32,000 nt of DNA from Dickeya dadantii NCPPB 898 (GTDB taxonomy: Bacteria > Pseudomonadota > Gammaproteobacteria > Enterobacterales > Enterobacteriaceae). The notes below the pieces were generated by a model. It was not told the origin of the DNA. It ran no database searches and saw nothing but the letters and a program-made list of their open reading frames with translations. The stretch lies in NCBI RefSeq assembly GCF_000406145.1, contig NZ_CM001976.1:597260-629259 (forward strand), written 5' to 3'. Each line of letters opens with the position of its first letter. Within the stretch, counting starts at the first letter, position 1. The position numbers and the translations under genes were made by a program. Shown here in pieces: positions 25,708-32,000 of the stretch.

Positions 25708-26757
25708 TCAGGCGCGTGGCGGTCGTAGCGCGGCGATGCGCGCGGTGTCGCCGCCCTGAGCGCGGGGCAGACTGCCTGCTATTTGATCGTGCGGGGTTCC
25801 GAGTGAGACGGCGCTGGCGTTATCAAGGCGCGCCATCTGTTCATCACTTAGCGTCACCTCCAGTGCCACCAGAGTATCATCCAACTGATTCAGGGTACGG
25901 GAACCCAAAATAGGGATCAGACTGGTGCTGGAATGGGCCGCTTTCTGCCGCAGCCAGGCAATGGCAATGTGCAACGGTTGCCGCTGTTGTTCTTGTGACA
26001 CTGCGATGACTTCATCCAGCAGCGTGGTATCCCGCTCGATGTGCACCAGCCTGCCGCCAAATCCCTGCAGGCGACCTTCACTGCTGTGGCGGTATTTTCC
26101 TGTCAACAGACCGCCGCCCAGCGGAGACCAAAGCGTTGCCGCCAGCCCCAGCGCTTCCGCCATCGGCAGCAGTTCCCGCTCAGCGGTGCGCTGTGCCAGG
26201 CTGTATTCCACCTGAATACCGGCAATACGCGACCAGCCACGCAGTTCCGCCATCGTGTCTGCCCGGGCGATACGCCAGGCCGGGAAATTGGATAGCCCGG
26301 CATACTGGATTTTCCCTGCGCGGATCAGGTCATCAAAGGTGCGAACGATCTCTTCCAGCGGGGTTAACTGGTCGTCAAAATGTGCCCACAGTATATCAAT
26401 ACGGTCGGTTTTCAGTCGCTTAAGACTGTTTTCCACCGACGAAATCATGTTCTTACGGCTGTTGCCGGTTTGAGAGATGCCCGCGTCCGGCATCGCGCTT
26501 AGGGTGTATTTCGTCGCGACGACAAAGTGATCGCGATCGGCGGCGATGAACTCCCCGACCATCTGCTCAGACTGGCCGAACTGATAGGCATCAGCCGTAT
26601 CGATAAAGTTGCCGCCAGCATTGGTATAACGATCAAATACCTGCTTTGCCTCTTCTTTTTCCGAACCATAGCCCCAACGGGTACCAAAGTTGCCTGTGCC
26701 GAGCGCCAGCTCGGATACGCGTAAACCGGTGTTACGGCCAAACGTGGTGTAGTGCAT
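25708..26757 (-). CDS. aldo/keto reductase
   Basis: Start at ATG 26757 (GAGGG upstream; MHYTTFGRNTGLRVSELALGTGNFG), 349 aa. AKR catalytic signatures DTADAY and VVATK are present. Confidence 0.85.
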   Translation of the reverse strand: MHYTTFGRNTGLRVSELALGTGNFGTRWGYGSEKEEAKQVFDRYTNAGGNFIDTADAYQFGQSEQMVGEFIAADRDHFVVATKYTLSAMPDAGISQTGNSRKNMISSVENSLKRLKTDRIDILWAHFDDQLTPLEEIVRTFDDLIRAGKIQYAGLSNFPAWRIARADTMAELRGWSRIAGIQVEYSLAQRTAERELLPMAEALGLAATLWSPLGGGLLTGKYRHSSEGRLQGFGGRLVHIERDTTLLDEVIAVSQEQQRQPLHIAIAWLRQKAAHSSTSLIPILGSRTLNQLDDTLVALEVTLSDEQMARLDNASAVSLGTPHDQIAGSLPRAQGGDTARIAALRPPRA

Positions 26758-26772
26758 GTTGCTAACCCTCAC

Positions 26773-26800
26773 ATTATAAATGTCGATTGACATTTATAAT
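26773..26800. promoter_or_regulatory. 12-bp-arm perfect inverted repeat, candidate (TetR-type) operator in the AKR/SDR divergent region
   Basis: ATTATAAATGTC-GATT-GACATTTATAAT lies immediately upstream of the AKR RBS. Confidence 0.45.
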
Positions 26801-26827
26801 ATATGTCATACATCATCTATTGCAAGC

Positions 26828-26841
26828 ATGATGATCATCAT
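26828..26841. promoter_or_regulatory. perfect 14-bp palindrome, second candidate operator
   Basis: ATGATGATCATCAT is flanked by direct repeats CATCATCTAT at 26811-26820 and 26836-26845. Confidence 0.35.
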
Positions 26842-26870
26842 CTATATCGCCCTGACAAAAGAGCAAACGT

Positions 26871-27734
26871 ATGACAACGACTCCTTCGGTTCTCATTACC
26901 GACGCTTCATCCGGCATTGGCGCTGTCTATGCCGAACGTTTCGCCAGCCGTGGCCATGATCTGGTGCTGGTTGCTCGCGATCATGTACGCATGGATGCCC
27001 TGGCAACCGATCTGAGCCAGAAGAATGGCATCACTGTCGATGTTCTGTCGGCTGATCTGACCCGATCCGACGATCTTGCTGTGGTGGAGGCGCGACTGCG
27101 CGAAGACAGTCGTATTGGGATCCTCGTGAATAACGCGGAGATGAATATCGGTGGGAACTTCATTGAACAGGAGGCGGACGATGTCGAGCGGTTGGTCACA
27201 CTCAACACGACGGCGCTTGTCCGGCTTACCAGCGCGATTGCCCCACGGCTGGCGGAGGTAGGTGGGGGAGCCATCATCAATATTGGCTCAGTGATCGGCA
27301 TGGCACCGGAGTTCGGGTTGACCGTTTATGGCGCGACCAAGGCATTCGTGCTGTTTCTGTCTCAGGGACTCAGTCTTGAGCTGGCTCCCAGAGGTGTCTA
27401 CGTTCAGGCTGTGCTTCCTGACGTGACGTACACGGAGATTGGGGAGTGCTCAGGCACTGATATTAATACGCTTCCCGAGGTGATGGCAGTAGAGGAACTG
27501 GTGGATACCGCGCTGGTTGGTTTTGATCGCCGCGAACCGGTAACCATCCCGTCGCTCCACGAATTCGGGCAATGGGCGACCTATCAACACACCCGGCAAG
27601 CTATGCTGCCGGGGTTCGCACCGGCGCATTCTGCCGCACGTTATCGACTGATGCATACGCCGATAATGAATTGCGTCCGCAGCGCGCCGGTTTTATTTAC
27701 TCAGGCAACAGACAGCCTGATGACGAACCAATAG
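26871..27734 (+). CDS. short-chain dehydrogenase/reductase family protein with degenerate cofactor motifs
   Basis: 287 aa with SDR fold signatures (YGATK, IGS). It has TDASSGIG instead of TGxxxGxG, NNAE instead of NNAG and LPD instead of the PG motif. Confidence 0.75.
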   Translation: MTTTPSVLITDASSGIGAVYAERFASRGHDLVLVARDHVRMDALATDLSQKNGITVDVLSADLTRSDDLAVVEARLREDSRIGILVNNAEMNIGGNFIEQEADDVERLVTLNTTALVRLTSAIAPRLAEVGGGAIINIGSVIGMAPEFGLTVYGATKAFVLFLSQGLSLELAPRGVYVQAVLPDVTYTEIGECSGTDINTLPEVMAVEELVDTALVGFDRREPVTIPSLHEFGQWATYQHTRQAMLPGFAPAHSAARYRLMHTPIMNCVRSAPVLFTQATDSLMTNQ

Positions 27735-27746
27735 ACAAGGTATTTT

Positions 27747-28562
27747 ATGACATCAAATAAACCCATCGCGCTGGTTACCGGCGCCTCATCGGGCATCGGT
27801 GAAGCTACCGCGGAACGGCTGGTTCAGGCCGGCTATAAGGTATACGGCACCAGCCGACGAGGCTCTCAGGCTGGTCACCGGCGGTTTGAGCTGCTGGCGC
27901 TGGATGTGACCAGCGATGAATCGGTCGATGCGGCCGTCAGCGAACTGCTGCGTCGGGAAGGGCGTATCGATCTACTGGTGAATAACGCCGGTTTTGGGCT
28001 CAGCCCGGCAGGCGCGGAAGAAAGCTCCATCGAACAGGCTAAGGCGATCTTCGACACTAATTTCCTTGGGGTTGTCCGCATGACCCGCGCCGTGGTGCCC
28101 CACATGCGCCAACAGGGCGGCGGCCGCATCATCAACATCGGTTCCATTCTTGGCGTCGTACCGATGCCTTATGTGGCGCTTTACGCGGCCAGCAAGCATG
28201 CGGTCGAGGGCTATTCAGAAGCGCTGGATCATGAGCTACGTACGCGCGGTATCCGGGTTTCGGTCATTGAGCCTGCCTATACCAAAACGCAGTTCGAGTC
28301 CAACAACGTGCCGCCGGATGCGGTGCTGGATGAATACGCCTCGGTACGCCGGGCGCTGGAAAACGTGGTGAAGTTGGCAATGGTGAGCGCAGATGAACCG
28401 GTTGTGGTAGCCGAGGTGGTGCTAAAAGCCGCCCGCGCGAAACGTCCGAAACTTCGCTATACGGCAGGTTCAACGGCGACCCGCTTGAGCCTGCTGCGTC
28501 GGTTTGCACCGGCGGGTGTGCTGGATTCCGGCATTCGTAAGAGTCTTCAGCTTGATGCTTAG
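27747..28562 (+). CDS. classical short-chain dehydrogenase/reductase
   Basis: 271 aa with canonical TGASSGIG, NNAG, S...YAASK and a PA(Y)TKT segment. It starts 12 nt after the previous gene. Confidence 0.85.
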   Translation: MTSNKPIALVTGASSGIGEATAERLVQAGYKVYGTSRRGSQAGHRRFELLALDVTSDESVDAAVSELLRREGRIDLLVNNAGFGLSPAGAEESSIEQAKAIFDTNFLGVVRMTRAVVPHMRQQGGGRIINIGSILGVVPMPYVALYAASKHAVEGYSEALDHELRTRGIRVSVIEPAYTKTQFESNNVPPDAVLDEYASVRRALENVVKLAMVSADEPVVVAEVVLKAARAKRPKLRYTAGSTATRLSLLRRFAPAGVLDSGIRKSLQLDA

Positions 28563-28573
28563 GAAGTCAGCGT

Positions 28574-28978
28574 ATGACCGTCTTATCATTCAGATTCCGT
28601 CCTCTGGCTATCTTGTCGGCGCTGCTGTTCTTCGTTCTCGCCGTTGCCTGGATGTCGGTACCGGACCTGATGCTGGCCAGTTGGGGCGTTGATTTCACCA
28701 GTTCGGCGGGGCTGGTCAGTCGGCGTTCAGCCGCGCTGTATGCCGGAGTCGGCGTCATGTTCTTCCTGGCCAGAAATGTAGCGCCATCGCCAGCCCGCTC
28801 ATCCCTGATGAAGGGTGTCGTGAGTACTTGCATGATACTTGCAGCGCTTGGGGTGGGGGAGTTTATTGCAGGGCACGCCAATCGCGGGATCCTGCCGGCT
28901 GTCGTGTTAGAAGTCTTACTCGCACTGGCTTTTCTTTCCGTCATTCATACCGATAACCGCGGGTGGGCATGCCGTTAG
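28574..28978 (+). CDS. small integral membrane protein (about 4 TM; DUF4345-like by my reading)
   Basis: 134 aa with four hydrophobic segments. It starts 11 nt after the SDR stop, with GGAAG upstream. Confidence 0.6.
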   Translation: MTVLSFRFRPLAILSALLFFVLAVAWMSVPDLMLASWGVDFTSSAGLVSRRSAALYAGVGVMFFLARNVAPSPARSSLMKGVVSTCMILAALGVGEFIAGHANRGILPAVVLEVLLALAFLSVIHTDNRGWACR

Positions 28979-29007
28979 TAGGTAATCATTCTGGAGATCA
29001 ACACATT

Positions 29008-30009
29008 ATGAAGGCGTTCATTATCGATCGCTATGGCCGCAGAAGCAGCGGACGAATTGGCGAGATGCCAGAGCCGGAACTACGGGGCGATGACGTCTTG
29101 ATTCAGGTTCATGCTGCCGGCGTCAATCTACTTGATGCAAAAATCAGCAAAGGCGAGTTCCGGCTAATTCTGCCATATCGCTTGCCGTTGGTGTTGGGAA
29201 ACGATGTGGCAGGCGTGGTCGTTCGCGTCGGGCCGAAGGTAACGCGATTCAGACCGGGCGATGAGGTGTACGCACGGCCAGACCAGGAACGTATCGGCAC
29301 CTTTGCCGAATTTATCGCCGTCAAAGAGGATTCTCTGGCGCTGAAACCTGGCAACCTCAGCATGGAAGAAGCGGCTTCTCTTCCGCTGGTCAGCCTGACG
29401 GCCTGGCAAGTATTGGTTGAAACCGCAACGTTGAAGAAAGGGCAGAAAGTGCTGATTCATGCCGGTTCCGGCGGCGTGGGCGCCATCGCTATCCAGCTCG
29501 CCAAACATCTCGGCGCTTTCGTCGCCACCACCACCGGCACGAGTAACGTTGAATGGGTAAAAGCGCTGGGGGCGGATGTGGTCATTGACTACAGGAAGCA
29601 GGATTTTGAAACCGTACTGCACGGCTACGATGTGGTGCTGAACAGTTTGGGTAATGATGTGCTGGAAAAATCGCTGCGGGTGTTGAAACCCGGCGGTCAG
29701 CTCATCTCTATATCTGGCCCGCCCGCACCGGAGTTTGCGACAGAACAGGGGCTGTCATGGGGGCTGAAACAGGTGATGCGTTTCCTGAGCCGCCGTATCA
29801 GGAAGCTGGCGAAGCAGAAGGGGGTGAGCTACGCGTTTGTCTTTATGCGGGCCAGCGGAGAGCAGCTTGATGGCATTAGCGCTCTCATTGCGTCAGGCGT
29901 CATCAGGCCGGTGGTGGACCGGGTCTTTCCGTTTGATGCAACGGCAGATGCGCTGGCCTATGTTGAAACTGGGCGAGCGAAAGGTAAGGTGGTCGTCAAA
30001 TTGAGATAG
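29008..30009 (+). CDS. medium-chain (zeta-crystallin-like) NAD(P)H:quinone oxidoreductase
   Basis: Start at ATG 29008 (GGAGA 10 nt upstream), 333 aa. Cofactor motif HAGSGGVGAIAIQLAK. VLGNDVAGVV replaces the Zn-ligand GHE motif. The C-terminus GKVVVK is typical of the family. Confidence 0.85.
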   Translation: MKAFIIDRYGRRSSGRIGEMPEPELRGDDVLIQVHAAGVNLLDAKISKGEFRLILPYRLPLVLGNDVAGVVVRVGPKVTRFRPGDEVYARPDQERIGTFAEFIAVKEDSLALKPGNLSMEEAASLPLVSLTAWQVLVETATLKKGQKVLIHAGSGGVGAIAIQLAKHLGAFVATTTGTSNVEWVKALGADVVIDYRKQDFETVLHGYDVVLNSLGNDVLEKSLRVLKPGGQLISISGPPAPEFATEQGLSWGLKQVMRFLSRRIRKLAKQKGVSYAFVFMRASGEQLDGISALIASGVIRPVVDRVFPFDATADALAYVETGRAKGKVVVKLR

Positions 30010-30140
30010 CGGTTATCCGTCGAAGGGATGTGTAAGTCATAGACCACATCCTGTTTGACTCAAACTGTTTGACCCAAAAACCTAATCATATGCCACATGA
30101 TCGTCAGTTCAGGGGACAAAAAGGGGACGCTATCTCCTGA

Positions 30141-30172
30141 AAAATAAAAAAGTCACCGCTAAAGAGGTGGCT
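30141..30172 (-). terminator. weak hairpin plus T-run downstream of the tRNA
   Basis: The minus strand reads GCCACCTCTTTAGCGGTGAC followed by TTTTTTATTTTT. The stem is short and imperfect. Confidence 0.35.
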
Positions 30173-30199
30173 TAATCATATGATTTTACTGCTGAAATT

Positions 30200-30275
30200 T
30201 GGTGGCCCCTGTTGGGTTTGAACCAACGACCAAGCGATTATGAGTCGCCTGCTCTAACCACTGAGCTAAGGGGCC
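30200..30275 (-). tRNA. ileX: tRNA with CAU anticodon, tRNA-Ile2 (lysidine-modified minor isoleucine tRNA) type
   Basis: 76-nt cloverleaf checked by hand. Acceptor GGCCCCT/AGGGGCC, D stem GCTC/GAGC, anticodon stem GGCGA/TCGCT with loop CTCATAA, T stem GTTGG/CCAAC, encoded CCA. It is near-identical to recalled E. coli ileX and sits downstream of rpoD, as in E. coli. Confidence 0.88.
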
Positions 30276-30287
30276 AAGTGGATGTTG

Positions 30288-30316
30288 ATTATAGGTAATC
30301 CGGCTAGTGGGGTCTA
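30288..30316 (-). promoter_or_regulatory. candidate sigma70 promoter of the tRNA gene
   Basis: Minus strand TAGACC (30316-30311), 17-nt spacer, perfect TATAAT (30293-30288). The -10 ends 12 nt before the mature tRNA 5' end. Confidence 0.4.
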
Positions 30317-30482
30317 TAGTCTGGCGGCCATATGGTTGTTTTGTATCCAGTACTTAGCCGATTGTTATTATTAAAAATTCATTATATTTGCGGTGGGAAT
30401 GGGCAGTAATCGTGGGTAAGGGCAGGGGACACAGAGTATGTCGGTCAGGCGTGATGCCGCAAGTCTCCACTGATATGAGAAA

Positions 30483-30510
30483 TAAAAACCCCCGGTCAGG
30501 ACCGGGGGTT
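30483..30510 (-). terminator. intrinsic terminator of rpoD
   Basis: The minus strand reads AACCCCCGGTCCTGACCGGGGGTT followed by TTTATTTCTC. It lies about 30 nt after the rpoD stop. Confidence 0.75.
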
Positions 30511-30538
30511 GGCAGCACTGATTCAATAAAAAATCTTA

Positions 30539-32000
<1,462 letters not shown>

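Noticed and set aside
30010-30538. Integrase or prophage remnant, or the mug gene, next to the tRNA; also the 142-aa ORF 30388-30816
   Set aside because: No ORF with integrase-like or Mug-like translation is present on either strand. The 142-aa ORF spans the rpoD terminator and runs antisense into rpoD, with an Arg/Gly-rich translation.

Overview
Chromosomal window from a soft-rot-type Enterobacterales genome. Dickeya/Pectobacterium-like is an inference from the uxaC-uxaB-uxaA gene order plus a leaderless PL1 pectin lyase. All homology calls rest on my recollection of E. coli and other reference proteins and on motifs read by eye; no searches were run. The left 8.5 kb is conserved backbone: the first codons of exuT, the uxaCBA hexuronate operon with an ERIC element in the uxaC-uxaB spacer, ygjV, alx with a yybP-ykoY (Mn2+) riboswitch leader, and rlmG. 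The right edge is backbone again: tRNA-Ile2(CAU) ileX and the 3' 1.46 kb of rpoD. Between rlmG and ileX lie about 21.7 kb of modules that are not contiguous in E. coli. In order they are: an orphan 98-aa coiled-coil ORF; pectin lyase pnl behind a very AT-rich tract; a 348-bp non-coding segment bracketed by a perfect 24-bp direct repeat and holding a palindromic MITE-like element; uhpA-uhpB-uhpC-uhpT; spy; and lipoprotein apbE. These are followed by an orphan long-form 2-isopropylmalate-synthase-like gene with a divergent AraC regulator and the stump of a second AraC gene. Next comes a 925-aa OYE/FMN_bind/fumarate-reductase-like fusion flavoenzyme with its own signal-less ApbE. Last is a TetR-AKR / SDR-SDR-membrane-MDR redox cluster. 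I saw no integrase, transposase, CRISPR array, rRNA, toxin-antitoxin pair or recognisable defence gene. The most interesting items are the cytoplasmic covalent-flavin reductase module (an architecture already described in other bacteria, with substrate unknown here), the orphan leuA-like/AraC module with a recombination scar, and an SDR paralogue with all three canonical glycines replaced. I cannot claim a clearly new system from sequence alone.
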